A stretch of DNA of 64,000 bases, from assembly GCF_009834535.1 (NCBI RefSeq), contig NC_045707.1:64544001-64608000 (forward strand), read 5' to 3'. The position numbers and the translations under genes are program-made. The stretch comes from Camelus ferus (lineage: Eukaryota). Below, piece by piece: positions 27,228 through 40,800 of this stretch (the stretch's first letter is position 1; every line of letters starts with the position of its first letter). The notes under the pieces are model-generated. The model was not told where the DNA came from. It saw only the letters and a list, made by a program, of their open reading frames with translations, and searched no databases.

Positions 27228-27436
27228 TTCACTGTCCAGTAGAGCAGGTACTAGCCACATCTGGCTATGGGAATTTAAATTAATGAAAATTAAATAAAAT
27301 TAACACTTTAGTTCCTCAGTTTGTATGGACTACATTTCAAGTGCTCAGGAGCCAGCCTGACTAGTGGTTACCATTTTGGACAAGGCAGCTAGAGAACATT
27401 TCCATCAGTACAGAAAGTTCTGTTGGGCTGTGTTGC
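27228..27436. mobile_element. MER3-like hAT-Charlie element, opposite orientation to the 25260 copy
   Basis: 'cactgtccagtagag...ctagccacatctggcta...catttcaagtgctca...ctagtggttaccattttggaca...catttccatca...cagaaagttctgttgg'. Confidence 0.75.
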
Positions 27437-27734
27437 TCTAGGCGGTCGAATTTTCATTAAGTATTCATAATAAAATGAGTGCAATGGACAAACGAGTTCG
27501 TAAATAATGTCTTCTTGGAAATTCACAGAGTGTATTAGCATAATAAAGATCCCGAGAAATCCTGAAGTAAAAGGAATGGGGTTCAAGTTTGTTGAATTCA
27601 GTGTTTTCCATACTTATTTGATTACTGAACCCCCTTTTATTAAGGATGATCTAATTTACACATTATACGATGCCATTCTATATATTACGGAAGAAATGAT
27701 TTATAGGTAAGAGTTTGGGAAATACTGCTGTAGG

Positions 27735-28344
27735 CAATTAGGGACCATGGATGTGATCAGATTTTACGTTACAAACACCGCCTTGGCAGCTATGAGAAGG
27801 ATGGATTGGTGAAGAACAAGACTGAAGGCAGTAAAACCAGATGGGAGAGTCAGGTCCCTGTCTAAGAAGAAAGCCTTGGAAAGATGGAGGCAAGATAGAC
27901 CCCAGTGAAGTTTTAGGAAATAGAACGGACAGAGTAAGAATGATTGGACATGGAGTGTCCAGTCCAGTAGGACAACTAGTGTGCACACCTAACAAAGAAT
28001 AACAGGGGGTTATCAGGAACACGTGGAGCACGTGGAGTTTCACAAACCTGTGGGATACCCAGAAGGAAACAAAAACATTTTTAAATGTGGTCTCTAAGTG
28101 AGGAGAGTAGCCTTCGGTAAGATATATATTTGGGAGTCTTCAGGAAATGGGTAATAAAATCATGGGAAGGAACCAATTACCCAACAAGGCAGCGTCAAGT
28201 GAGCACAGAAGAGGGTCAAGTTGAATCCTAGAATCTGCATCATTAAAGGGGGCAGACGAAATAAGCAGGAAATTGAAAAGAGACCACCGAAGAGGTAGCA
28301 GGAAAACCAAAATGCTGTGACCCTGCATCCGAGGGAAGAGAAAA

Positions 28345-28377
<33 letters not shown>

Positions 28378-28600
28378 TATATGGTCAACAGTTTTTGAAT
28401 TCCACAGAGAGGACATGAAAAAAGAAATACCACCATAGACTCATTGGGTTTAGTAACAAAGGGTCAGGAGCAGCATGGGCAAGAGCAGTGTCTGCATAAG
28501 ACTAGGGTTAGGGTGGGTAGAGTGTACGCAGAAGGACTGAATTGTGGATGGGGAGGCAGGAAATTGGGCATGACGCACTCTGAAAATTTACCTGTCAGGA
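27735..28600 (-). mobile_element. Degenerate L2 fragment
   Basis: Purine-rich antisense L2 motifs: 'gtgatcagatttt...ttggcagct', 'atttgggagtc', 'cattaaagggg', 'cattgggtttagtaaca'. Confidence 0.6.
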
Positions 28601-29453
28601 AGAAGAGCGACAGGACAGTTCCTGCAGAGGAATGTATGGAACTGACTTCTAAAGAAATGGAGGGGACCACTTAAATCAATGCAATAGATATTTATTGTCT
28701 ATTATACATAGAAGCACTGTGCTAAATACTAGGTCTTCTAGAGATCATGAAAAATCCTTATCCTTGCCCTCAAGAGGTTTAGAATGTACTGCGTTAAAGA
28801 AATTGTAAAGGGATGATTTGATCTTAACTCATTTATGAGAATGTTGGTAAGAATCACTACCATGTTTTTCGTAACATCATGGTTCGCAAAGAGCCTTGCA
28901 TCTTCTTGACGGAAAGTGATTTTAGAATTTAAGACAGCGTTGCCAGCACTGTAATAATTGACTTGATATCAGATATTCATGCTGTCAGTGAACGAACCCG
29001 TGGTAACAAAAGACAGCTTCTTCCAAATAGTGAGAGGAGATTCGGGCCAGACCGAGTGGTTGCTCAGGACAAAAGAGAGGCCAGAGTTGGGAGATCTGAG
29101 GCAAATCCCAAACTGCAAAGAACAAGAAAAGGCGCAGAGATGAGAAATGGGGTCAAGAATCAGAAACCCACAAAAAAAAATAACGTGAAGTAGAAACATC
29201 ATCTCAGGCTTATGGGCGAGATTTGTGTCAGGATCAAGGGTCAAGACGGTCCCAAATGTCCCTCAATAAACATAAAACAATAAAATAAAATGGATCAAGA
29301 GCCGGACACACAGACACACCAGCAAAAAACATTGACACACGTCAGATGGTCATGTTATGACAACAAGTGTGCTGTGTACGGGTTATTGGTGCTCCAAGGA
29401 ACTTTTAAAAGAGTTAATCTGGTTACTATATTCTTTCTTGTTTTCTTCATTAG

Positions 29454-29533
29454 ATCCCCTCAGCAGAGTGTGTTTAAGACCAAAACATGTAACTGATTCT
29501 TTGAGCACCTACATTAATGCTAATTATATTAGG
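29454..29533 (+). CDS. PTPRR: PTPRR coding exon (about exon 9)
   Basis: attag|AT...AGG|gtaag, 80 nt, phase 1 to 0. Encodes (N)PLSRVCLRPKHVTDSLSTYINANYIR, with the PTP YINAN motif. Confidence 0.97.
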
Positions 29534-29983
29534 GTAAGTAAATAAATTTAAATTTCTTCCTGAAGAGCATGTCAATTTACTGTTGGGAATTATTGGGGGG
29601 TTTTGGTTTTTTTCCCTCAGAATATATTGATTTTGATTTAACTTGGTTACTAGCAAGGCTTTTTTTTTTTTGCTTGCTTGGTCATAGTAACACTAGCAGT
29701 GGGTCATTTATAGCATGTTTTCCCTTCCTGCGTGTCTGTGGCTGCAATTCTCCTTCTGAGATGCTCTGGAAAGACCTGAGCATTAGAGCTGTCAGTACCG
29801 TATGCTGCACCTGCCCTGCTGGGAGACAGCCAGGTAAATTGCGGTGCTAGAATCCTGAAGCCGCCAAAGTCTGTGTTGCTTTCGGACTAGCAGGGCTCTT
29901 TTGTTTTAAAGATCTTTCACCCAAACTTTCGGCACGAGGCATGACCTTCAAAGCCAACATTGTTGTCTCTTTACTCACACCAG

Positions 29984-30121
29984 GGCTACAGCGGCAAGGA
30001 GAAAGCGTTCATCGCCACGCAGGGCCCCATGATCAACACCGTGAATGACTTCTGGCAGATGGTTTGGCAGGAAGACAGTCCCGTGATCGTTATGATCACA
30101 AAACTCAAAGAAAAAAATGAG
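29984..30121 (+). CDS. PTPRR: PTPRR coding exon (about exon 10); its + strand frame is absent from the ORF track
   Basis: accag|GGC...GAG|gtatg, 138 nt. Encodes [46 protein letters not shown], with the IATQGP and DFWxMVW motifs. Confidence 0.97.
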
Positions 30122-30448
30122 GTATGACCTTTACCCAAGTACGGAACGTTATATTTTTCCCATGCTGTAGAAGCAATGTTGTATACGTAAAATTGCCACA
30201 TACTGAATAACAGATCTGAGATGGAAACTTTAAGACATTTAAAAGTGAAGTAACTCTGCTTCCGAAAAATGGTCCCTGGTGTTTTTCTACGAATGGCAAC
30301 TTTCCTTCCATTGAATCAACATACTTGGCATACACGGATCACATTTGTACCCGCGTATCTCTGTAAGGAAACGAGGGGCCATGAGAGATCCCTCTGATGT
30401 ACAGGCAGGGAAATAAAAAATTATTCATTTGCATCCCAAGTAATTTTT

Positions 30449-30583
30449 TTTTTTTTTTGGCGCAGGGAGGTAATTAGGTTTCTTTATTTATTTACTTTTG
30501 TAGGAAGTATTGGGGGTTGAACCCAGACAGGACCTCATGCACCATAGGCATGCGTGCTAGTGCTTGAGCTACACCCTCCCCCT
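30449..30583 (-). mobile_element. Camelid tRNA-Ala-derived SINE (Vic-1 type), antisense
   Basis: Reverse complement of the GGGGGAGGGTGTAGCTC...AAACCTAATTACCTCC-polyA structure; TSD ccaagtaattttt at 30436-30448 and 30584-30596. Confidence 0.9.
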
Positions 30584-31699
30584 CCAAGTAATTTTTGAGC
30601 ACCTGCTAAGTGACAGGCCCTGTTTTATTTGCTGGCAATATATTAATAAACAAACACAAAGATTCCTGCCCTTGGGAGATTTTAACTTTCTAGTGGGGAG
30701 AGACAGATAAAAAATAATAAACATAATAAACTCATAAAAATAGGGCATCTTAGAAGGGAGAGATGCCCAAAGGGGAAAACAGGAAAAGGGGTTAAGGGCG
30801 GTGGGTGTGCTGGGCTGTAGGGAGAGGGTAAGAGGAGGGGAAACTGCAGGACTTGTGGGCCAGGGAGGATGAGCCTCGCCAAGAAAGTGAGATGTGGAGA
30901 AAGGCTTGAAGTTAACAAAACCCAAGCAACTTTCTCAATATCTTCATAAAAAATAAAAAAATCCAAGAAAGAGACAAAATTTGATTCTACGTCCATACTA
31001 GTAATTTTTTCTCAGGACTGAGTTTACAGAATATTTGTTTTGTATTTTGCATCATAAAAAGAAAACTGTGTCATTGCGAAAGGTGCTGTCCCTGGGACGG
31101 CTTACACTTCACGGCATCTCATTGAGATCATTTACCATCTGATAACTAATCAGCATTTGTGCTTGTTTTCTTGTCGAAATTACTGTACCAGGGCCTCACC
31201 ATGACAATAAGAATTTAAGAAAACTGAACTTTCCCTGATCCTCGCTTGGTGAGTTATAACTGTTGATTGTAGCATAACCCTGCGGCTAATCAAGAAAATT
31301 CAGGCCCACAAACAGCAACTTGTAAGGTTTTTTGTTTTTTTTTCTAAGTTTGTTGTTTTCTTCCATTTTTTGCTGCAATAGATAAAGGATCTTTTTCTGA
31401 CATTTATCCTGGAAAAAAAAGTACCTTTTTGGCCAGTAGATGAAGTTACATACTTCGTTAACTATATGCTGATTAAATAAATACATTTCTATGAGTCTTA
31501 ATGAAAGCCTGAGGTAACAGAATATAAATAACCCCTAATATCCTCAGTTGCTTCACCCACTATCAAGCCACTGACAATTCCTGTACGTTTGAGTAATATC
31601 TATAACAATTTACCTTCCTGGTAGGAAAAGATTCTTCAAGTGTTAAAGGTGTATATTCTCTGTGTATATACACCCCTGCCTCCACACATAGGATTTATG

Positions 31700-33200
31700 T
31701 AATGTGACAGGCTAGCTAATCTGAAAAACCAGTCATGCTGGGTAAAAGATGATATCACATGCACAGCAGAGCTTGGGGGGAAAAGTAAAGAAAATCCCAG
31801 CAATCAAAAACTGAATAAAAGGCGCAAAACCAGAGAATTTCAGGTTACTTGTGTTTCAGTGGACTGGAGACAAAGCCCTGGGCTTTGCAGGAGGCAGGGC
31901 TTAGAACTGAGACTTTCCATAAAGTGAGCACCTGCAGGGCCACGCCTTTAGTCGGAAATGGTGAACCGCAAAAATAAACTTGCCTTCCGAAATAGGACTA
32001 TAACAGGAAATTAATCTACCGAAGTCTGGCCTTCTCGTGGGATAACTAAAAAGGTTCTCTTGAGTATTCAGAATTCAAAAGCCAGGAAACGCCAAGTGTT
32101 AAGTAATTAATATAAATTAGGAATTTTTATTTATAGAAATCATTTCTAAATTAAATTATATTACTTTAAGTAATTAATTAAAAAAGTGATACCGCGTTGG
32201 TAACGCTCTGGGGCACTTTACAGAAACAAAGGCAAAACCTTTCTGGGTGCATATACCCTTCAGCATACACTTCACAGAATTTCAGCAGAGAAAGTCCAGC
32301 TAAACATAAGCTCAGAATTCAAAATTCTGAGACACACAAGTAAAAAAAATAACATAAGGAAAAATCAGAAGAAATTAAAATAACAGAAACTATAAATATA
32401 AGCTGTATTTTTTTGTATAATTAAACACACAAAATATAAAATTTAAAATCTTGACAAAAGAACATGTTGTTATCAAAAAAGACTAGGAAGAGGGGGAGGG
32501 TATAGCTCGAGTGGTAGAGTGCATGCTTAGCATGCGTGCGGTCCTGGGTTTGATTCCCAGTACCTCCTCTAAAAATAAATAAATACATAAGTAAACCTAA
32601 TTACCTTCCCCCACCAAAAAATAAATAAAATTAAATAGGAATTTTTAAAAAATTAATTAAAAGAGATTTCCTTTATAAAAAAAAAGAGTAGGAAGATTTA
32701 AAAACAAACCAGAGTCCTGGAAATAAATACCATATAGGCATTAAAATGAAAAAGGAAAACCTCACTAGTCCAGTTTATTAGCAACTGGGCAGAGCGAAAC
32801 AAATAATTACTAGATTAAAAAACAGAGCTAAAGAAATTACCTGGGAGATCAAAATGACCAGAAATATGAAAGAGAAATTCAGATACACAGAGAACAATAT
32901 TTAGGTGGCCGGGATGTGTCTAACGGATGTATTAGAAGAAGAAAAAGGAGAATGTAGAAAAAAGAAATAACATTTGAGGAAATAGTGGGATTTTCCAAAA
33001 CTGGTGACAGACATGAACTTTCAAATTTGAAAAGCACAGTAAGTCCTAGGCTGGTTCAGTAAAAGTAAATCCACAGCTAGACACATCTGCGGAGCTGAAA
33101 ACACTACGGAGATGATTTTAACAACCAGAGTGACTAACAGTAGAAGCCAAAAATCAGTAGAATAATGCCCATAAAGGAATGAAAGAAAGTGACTGACAAC
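31700..33200 (+). mobile_element. Very old L1/HAL1 5' and ORF1-like fragment, interrupted by a SINE
   Basis: A-rich ORF1-like motifs 'gaaatatgaaagagaaatt', 'catttgaggaaatagt...ttttccaaaactg', 'aaatccacagctagacacatc'. Boundaries approximate. Confidence 0.55.
32492..32679 (+). mobile_element. Camelid Vic-1-type SINE
   Basis: tRNA-Ala(AGC)-like head plus 'aaacctaattacc' tail; TSD aaaaaaga(c/g)taggaaga at 32475-32491 and 32680-32696. Confidence 0.93.
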
Positions 33201-33774
33201 CCAGGACTCATCCAAAGTTCAGCAACCTTTCCTATGACTCCTGCCCACTCTGGTTTGAATTACAATTTTCTAAATAGACTGTCACGATGCATTTTCTCAA
33301 AGCACATTCATACACTTACTCATTCTATTTCTTCTATTAAAAATAAAACCATCCCAAATCAACATAGAAAATGCATTGTGATTTATGTAACTATGTAAAT
33401 ATTAATATGTAAATGTTTTGAAACAAAAAAGTTATATTTCCCACAAAGAACATGACTAATTTGTCAGTGTTGCATATTTATTAAGGATTAATACTTGGCA
33501 GAGCATATGTGAAACAATATCTCGCAAGGACTAGAGAACACGCTGTAGTAACCGTGTAAGGTAAATGGTCACGTTTGTTGTCTAGAGCATTTCAGTCCTC
33601 AAATTGTGTGATATATTTGTTCCCTTAAAGAAAGAGTCAGAAGAATGCTTTTAGTGCTTTAAGCTGCTCTTGAATCAGGGTTTCATTAGAACAGAAGAAG
33701 CTAAGGTTGTTGGTTAGTCAGAAAGTGTTCCTTAGAAATTGAGCAGGATGTGACATATTTTAAATTCCAATGTA

Positions 33775-33912
33775 GGGGAGGGTATAGTTCAAGCGGCAGA
33801 GCGCGTGCTTAGCATGTACGAGATCCTGGGTTCAATCCCCAGTACCTCCTCTAAAAATAAATACATAAATAAAACTAATTACCTGCCCCAACCCCTGGTC
33901 AAAAAAAAAGAA
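33775..33912 (+). mobile_element. Camelid Vic-1-type SINE
   Basis: 'ggggagggtatagttcaagcggcagagcgcgtgcttagcatg...gggttcaatccccagtacctcc' plus tail and A-run; TSD imperfect. Confidence 0.92.
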
Positions 33913-36595
33913 AAAGTTCAATAGGGATGATATGAACAAGTGGCAAATATGCCAAAGCCTCAACAGACAGTTACATTCTTCCCTTCTGTCCCCAAGACCA
34001 AGGTTGTCATTCTAAAAGAACTGCGGTATGAGATAAATGTATATTTCAAAGTGACACTGACTTGATCCATTGGTGATGCTCAAAACTCTCCGTCCTCAAT
34101 GTGCAAAGGAATAGAGCCGTCTCGTCCTTTCTTTTTCAAGCCCATCATACTTGGAGCTAACTTGTTAGTACCATTCTCAGAATTCACATTCTCCATAGGA
34201 GAGCCAAGTGGATCTGTTGAAAGCTAGAATTTTTTTTAAATATTGGCCACACCCATTTGGGATTTGCCCCGGATTTTTCTCTTTGGCTGCACAATTTGGA
34301 AATTGGAGAGGTATTTTTTTTTCCTTACCATTTTTAGCCTCTTGCCTTTTTAAATGTCTGGGATACATCTGGAAATATCAAAGTCAAATAGATTACGTTA
34401 CGTGTTTTCTATGTGTAATTTGCTACATGTATTTTCCTGGACCCAGTCCTAATTCCAAAGATCACAGTAAAGATTTTGACTTCAGTTACTGTTGATTACT
34501 CATTAAATTAAAATAAAAATTCCTTCCCATCCAGATTCTCTAAATACGTAAATATAACACTGGAGAGGAAACTTTGATGTTTTACAGATCAAAATGATAC
34601 TGAGAGGTCTGGCTCAAAAGAAATACGCAATAGACTTCACGTTACCAGGAAGACACTGTTTACTGAAAATGTGCCAACTTTCAATTGTGTTAAGCGTCAT
34701 TGTTTGGAATAGACAAAAATCATTTCCTCCAAAAATATGTGAAGGTGGAGTTATCTTTAGAAATTCCCAGGCTTTATATTTTCATGAACCTTTCTACTTT
34801 CTAATAAGAAAAAAGGAATAAATGAATAATTGCCAGCTCTCTTATTCAATAGCCCCAGTATCTCATGGTTACTCACTTTTTACAAAATGAGGAAAGAGCA
34901 AAAATATTTTAAAATAGAGCTGAAAAATCAGTTTTCTTACACTGCAAGAAAAGAAGAGTTTTTATTGCAGGTAAATTTGATTTCTTCATTTAGATAAATC
35001 TCAAGAAGGGAAATCCTCTTGAAAGAAAGAAAACATTGAAAACACAATGTTTAAACTTTTCATATGAACTGTTGCTTTACTAGAGAAGACACAGTGGCCA
35101 AACTGGAGTTAGATCAGTCTAAACGTGACAAGAAGCATCCGCGTATTTCCAAAGTCTTCAGACTGGCTCAGACTTTTGGCTAGAAAACAAAAGAAGTAAC
35201 TGTGAATATTGGTCATGTTACATATACTGTGGAAGATAGTTTCTACCCACTGCCATTTATTGAATGTACATAGTAAGCACAGTTCATACATAAATTCAGT
35301 TTATTTTCACTCTAACTGTACAAAGCAAGATTTACTATCCCCATATTAAGGCTAAGAACCCTGAAGCTCAAAGGTTAAACCATTTGCCTAAAGCCTCAGA
35401 GTCAGTGAGTGATGGAGTCCAAATTTTAATCCAGGTTCATTTGATTCCAAAGCCCACACACTTAATCGCTGCCCCAACATAATGAACGAGCCAAATAAGG
35501 ATGCAAGACATTAGAAGGCAGGGGACCCACTGTTGGCTTCAGGGAACAGTAAGACATGGAATTTATCTTTCACAAAGTGAGGGAATCCCTTGGTGACTTG
35601 GCCTAACAAAATAACTTCTCTGAAGTATTTAGCACAGCCGTAGACTCTCTCGATATTCACATACACCTTTCATTTGAGTTCAGGTATGTGACTTCGATAC
35701 TTACAAACCCCATTTTGTCCATTCAGCACTTTGCAAACAGTTTAATCTCAAAAAGTGAAATAAAGAAATTCTATTTTAAGTATTCCCTTCTTTCACTCCC
35801 TTCCTTTCTCTGTCTGATAAAATTACGGGAAAGATTTAATTACATTTACGTGTCCAAATAGCTCATATGGTGCCTTAGAGCTTTTCAGTAGGGACCTCCA
35901 GAGTAGGCAGGTGCACAAGGGAACTTAATCTGGGCAAAACAACCGCACATGGACACCGCATAGCTTGCGTGAGTTGCGTAGTTTGGTGTGGTTTGAGCAC
36001 GTGTAGCATAGTAGGAGGGGAAGGGAGATAGGACTGGAATGTTAACTTTTGCCAAAGAGTAGAGAGAATAAAAAAGGATCTGTATTCAGTTGTATAGTCT
36101 GCTTTTAACATTGTATTATGCGTGTTCTCAGTGTCATTTAACAACTCACCAAAAACATGATTTTAAATGACTGCTGGAATTTCATTGTGTGAACTCTAAA
36201 AATGTGTGGAATCATTTCCTTATTAGCAGATACTTAGATCATTTCCAATTTTTTTATCCACATCTGTGATTATTTCATGAAAGTATATTTTTAGGTGTGA
36301 AATTACCTGGCGAAATGATGTGAACTTCTGAAAGAACCTGTTCCCAATGTGTTTTCCAGAAATGGATCTAACCGGACCATCATTAGCATCTGGAATTCTC
36401 CAGCTAACCTTGATGACTTTCAGTACACAGTTCCTCTTCCTCTTTATAAAACATCCAGTGCTGTGTTTGTGCACATTCATTCATTCAGTTACCAGTTTTT
36501 TAATCAACCATCAAGCACCCGTGTAGGCATTTGGATTATATCTTTTTTGACGAAATGGACAAAAATCCTTCCCTTCGTGGAGTTTACAATCTGAA

Positions 36596-36678
36596 AGGGT
36601 ATAGCTGAGTGGTAGAGTACATGCTTAGCATGCACGAGGTCCTGGGTTCAATCCCCAGTACCTCCATTTAAAAAAAAG
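36596..36678 (+). mobile_element. Short tRNA-Ala(AGC)-like SINE or retropseudogene lacking the Vic-1 tail
   Basis: 'gggtatagctgagtggtagagtacatgcttagcatgcacgaggtcctgggttcaatccccagtacctcca' followed by ttt and an A-run; sits inside an L2 3' fragment. Confidence 0.85.
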
Positions 36679-37703
36679 AAGGCGAGGATACACAATAAAC
36701 AAGAAACAAAATTTTAAAATATTATATACAGTTACAAAGTGTTAGGTGCTGTGGAGAGGAGAAAACATATGGCAGAGTAAGAGATGGCAGACAGTTTGCT
36801 CTGAGATCAGGTGGTCATTTTAACATTTATAGATGGCAAGCTATATGAATCTTATGAATACGAAAGAAGATAAGTAATGGCTTCATTAAGTCAAATTACA
36901 GCTACTATGGATATGTCTTTATTTAAATACATCCGAAAAAGAGGTTTTTTGCAATATAAATATTAATTCAGTGTATCCCACGTTTACCTTAAGTTTCATT
37001 ATAAAATCGGATGGATATTCAGATGGGAATGACTGGCTATTCAATATGTAAGTAAATTATAATTAAAAATTAAGTAAACTTTCTTAGCTGTACATTTGAA
37101 GAGAAAATGAATTTTTCTGATAAAACACTAGCAACAAATGTTAATGATGCTATGTTATATTCCAAATGCATGAAATGAAAGTAAATCATCTCAATCATTT
37201 TAAATTAGCTTAAAAAATTAGAGTTTAAGTTAGAGAATCAAGAAGGTAACTCAAATATACATAGACAGTCTAGAAACTGGGCTGTTTGAGCTCCCAAATA
37301 ATTGACATTTATTTGGTACAGACAATGTGCTTTGAAATCAGTCTTTACAGTCGATGTATTTGTAAATCCCTCTGTAAGTGAGGACACTGAGGAACAGAGA
37401 GGTTAAGCAATATGCCCAAGGCCAAACAGTCAGCAGCCTGACTCCCAACTCCCCCTCCCCCTCCCCCTCCCCACTGTACACGCCCTCCTCAAGTCTTCCT
37501 CCTACTTGTGGTGGGAAGGGAGCAAATTCCAGTGCGAGCAGTGATGGTGGCTGGAGAGCCGTGTGTTGAATTGCTTATAGTCCAGGTTAAAATCTCTGCC
37601 CATTCTCTTTAGGAAGGAAAGAGGAGATGCACATGGCATTTTGATTTGGTTTAAAGGAAAAAAAAAAAATGCATTGAATCTGTTCATTCAAAGTAGTGGA
37701 CAA

Positions 37704-37843
37704 GGTGGGAAGGGTATAGCTCGGTGGTAGAGTGCGTGCCTAGCATGTATGAGGTCCTGGGTTCAATCTCCAGTACCTCCACTCAAAAAATAAGTAAGTA
37801 AACCTAATTACCGCCCCCGCCAAAAAAAAAAAAAAAATGACTT
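37704..37843 (+). mobile_element. Camelid Vic-1-type SINE
   Basis: Head, tail and polyA; perfect TSD aaagtagtggaca at 37690-37702 and 37844-37856. Confidence 0.95.
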
Positions 37844-40800
37844 AAAGTAGTGGACAGTTTGAAAGTGTGGATTGGAACAGTGATGGAGAAGTCATGCTCA
37901 AGTTAGAGATGAAGTGTGAGGTGAACAAGAGGATTCACACTTTGTACCAAGAAGGAAAATAAACGAGCAAACGAAGTTCCGTAATCAGGGACTTGTGTGT
38001 CCAGACAAGGTCAGCAGGGCAGTGTTGGAGGACAGTGGAGACCCAGCAACTGGTATGCAGCTTTCCTGGAGGAACAGAATTAGATACTCCATGGTGAGAG
38101 AGGCAGCCGGACCTAGCACTGCCCAGCAATGCCCAGCAGCCCGAATGACTAGGGGCTTGACAGTTACGCTACCCAAGCAATTAAGAATGGCCAGACATTC
38201 AGAGGCTGACAGCCCCTAGGAAAAATTACTCACCTGTCCTTTCAAACATGTTTACATTCCAAACATAACTTGGCGCTTCAATTTTTAATCTATTAGAGTC
38301 TTTTCAGTTGCTGTAGCCTGCTTCACTTCTAACTGGTTAGAAGCCTGCTTATTTGACACAGCTAAATTAAAAAAAAAAAAAACTTCAAGTGGAGGCTTAA
38401 ACACACACAAAAAAAGCCTCTAAAGTTTTATTTTGTCTTAAAACAGGTACATTTGTTGATATTCAAATTTGGTCGTTATTTTATCATGGAACTGCCTTTA
38501 AAAAAATATTGGTCTAAAGCTGGAGTTCTAGGTCATCTAGTTTGTGTAAATCATGCCCTTTATACAGCATTAAAATGTCCCATTTCAGTTTTTTTAAAAG
38601 GAGGGAGAACATTGAAAAGTTTGTAAAACAATATGAATGCAGAATCCCGTCTAGATTTTCAAGCTTTGCTCTTTTATAATGTTCTCACCTGTATCTGATT
38701 TGACTGCAGTTTGCTTTACTAATTCACTTTTTTCCCCCAGTGAAAACGTAATTAATGTGTGCAATTATTTCATAGAACAGTTCTTTTATTTTTTTCCTTT
38801 CTCACTCGTGTTTCATTGATTGAGTTACTGGGCTCCAGTAACGAGTACAACTTCCATTAAGAAGTTCAGGCATAAATACCACTTGGTGAACGCGGCTCAG
38901 CAGATAGTGAAGATGTGCTGGATTTAGGAAGAGAGTGGACCGAGGGCATTCAGTGTTCCGTGAGCATCAGCGTATTTCGTTGAGAGAAGGGAGAGTGCTG
39001 GTTAATGCTGTGCTGCAAAGCTGGTCGGTTAATAGTGCAGAACTCAAAAGATAGAAAGTTGAATTTATAAGGTGATATTTGCTCAGAGGGTCCAAGCCTC
39101 CAAGGAGATGTTCTCAGAGACTCCTACCAAAACACCTGAGCTTCAGTTTCCTCTGCTGTAAAATGATTTTAAAAACAATAATAACCATAATACCTACTCT
39201 CTGCTCTGCCAAACTCAAATGATCGTGGAAGGGATTCAATGATATAATATTGGTGAAGGCACTTTGAATATTAAATTGCTGCATCTAGGTTAGTAATATT
39301 TAATTGGAACGCCAAGAATAACTATGACCATAATAATTTTAGACAATCTGACCCATTCTGTCCTTCTCATATGTGAATGTAACCCAAATGTCACTGTCTT
39401 CTTTTTGTTTATTTAGAGCCACTTTCTATTCTGTTTTTAATATGTGTCTTTAGCTCACAGCACAAATCTCTTTGATTTTTTAAATGCATAGAATTTAAAA
39501 AGAAAGTAACTTAAAAATAGATTACTTTTTTCCAGGCAACTAAAATGCTAGCTAGATCTGCTCCCTTTATGCTTAAATAGCCCCAGTGTGGGGGGGGGGG
39601 GCGGTGAGAGAGAGGGTCAAAGAAAGAAAAATCATAAAAATAAGAGTTTACATCGCTTTGGATTGCATTCTACTTTTGCTATAAACCAATATTTATAAAT
39701 AATTGGTTGACGTCCAGAATCTTTACAGTCAAGGTTCACTAATTACTTGTTTGTATAAGAGACACATGACCTTCTGGAAACCTCTTTTTTTCCTCCAAAT
39801 TATGAATTCTCAGAATTAACAGAAAATTTTACTGAAAGAATCAGCCCAGTTAGCAGAAGAACAGTGACGATTTGGGGCTATATTCTGCGAGATAGCATGC
39901 CATTCTGAATTACCTACAGTTGGTGTGGCTTCACAGTATTATCTGTAAGAGAGCATTTTCCTTCCTTGCATTTTCTTGTTTCACGTCATTGTTAACACCA
40001 CAATAAAGAAACCCTGAAAGGCTGTTCATGAAGATCATTTGAATGTGAACTTGTGCTCTTAGAAGTAACTACATTTGCAGCTCCCCCCACCTCACATTCA
40101 AAAGCACCTACACTTATCTGGTCTCTTTTTCTAGTTCTCTTAAAAGGGGTGGTGGGGGGGGACGTATTCAGTGTGTAAAAATAAGCTATTGTATCTCTGA
40201 GAGGAGATGGGATGCTAATTAAGGGTTGTTTGAATGAACAAGTCACATTGCATTGTCTACTGGGAGCCGGCTGCCAATTGCATTTTTGGTAGAGAGTCAA
40301 GAAAAACATTCAGGAGGGCCCCGGCAAGCTTGGGAGAGAAGCGAGCAGCGTTTCCATTTATCAAGTAGGTGCACAAGCCTCTGTTGTATTGTGAGGAGTC
40401 AGGGTGCAGGCTGGGAGCTCCTGCCTCGCTCAGCTTCCCATCCTGGTTTCAAAAGCCACCTTCGCAGAGAAGGGCCAGCTCCTTAGGCCCGATCGTGGAC
40501 AATGGGGCACGTATGCCAGACTGCTGGGCCACCGAATGTCTCTGTCTTTGTTCAGTACCTTTTTCGAGATTCTTTGTCATTCTTCTTGGATTCATCCAGG
40601 AGGCATGGGTTTTAAGACACACAATAGCTCGGGTCTTGCAGCGAAATAATTGATGCTCCATTGAAAGAAACCAGGCAGACTGGTTAGTATGATTATCTTT
40701 AACAAACCGGGGGGGATCTGAGACGTCTGGCAACTGGTAAATGAGAAGGGAAAGAAATTGCTGTATTTTGAAAAGGTTTCTTTTCTTAATGTTAATGTTG

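Noticed and set aside
37450..37472. (CCCCCT)n, potential minus-strand G-quadruplex
   Set aside because: Short simple repeat at a MIR edge with no other support; the G-runs near 15738 and 39590 are similar.
38824..38842. Hairpin GTTACTGG-gct-CCAGTAAC
   Set aside because: An 8-bp stem is expected by chance in 64 kb and is too short for a pre-miRNA.
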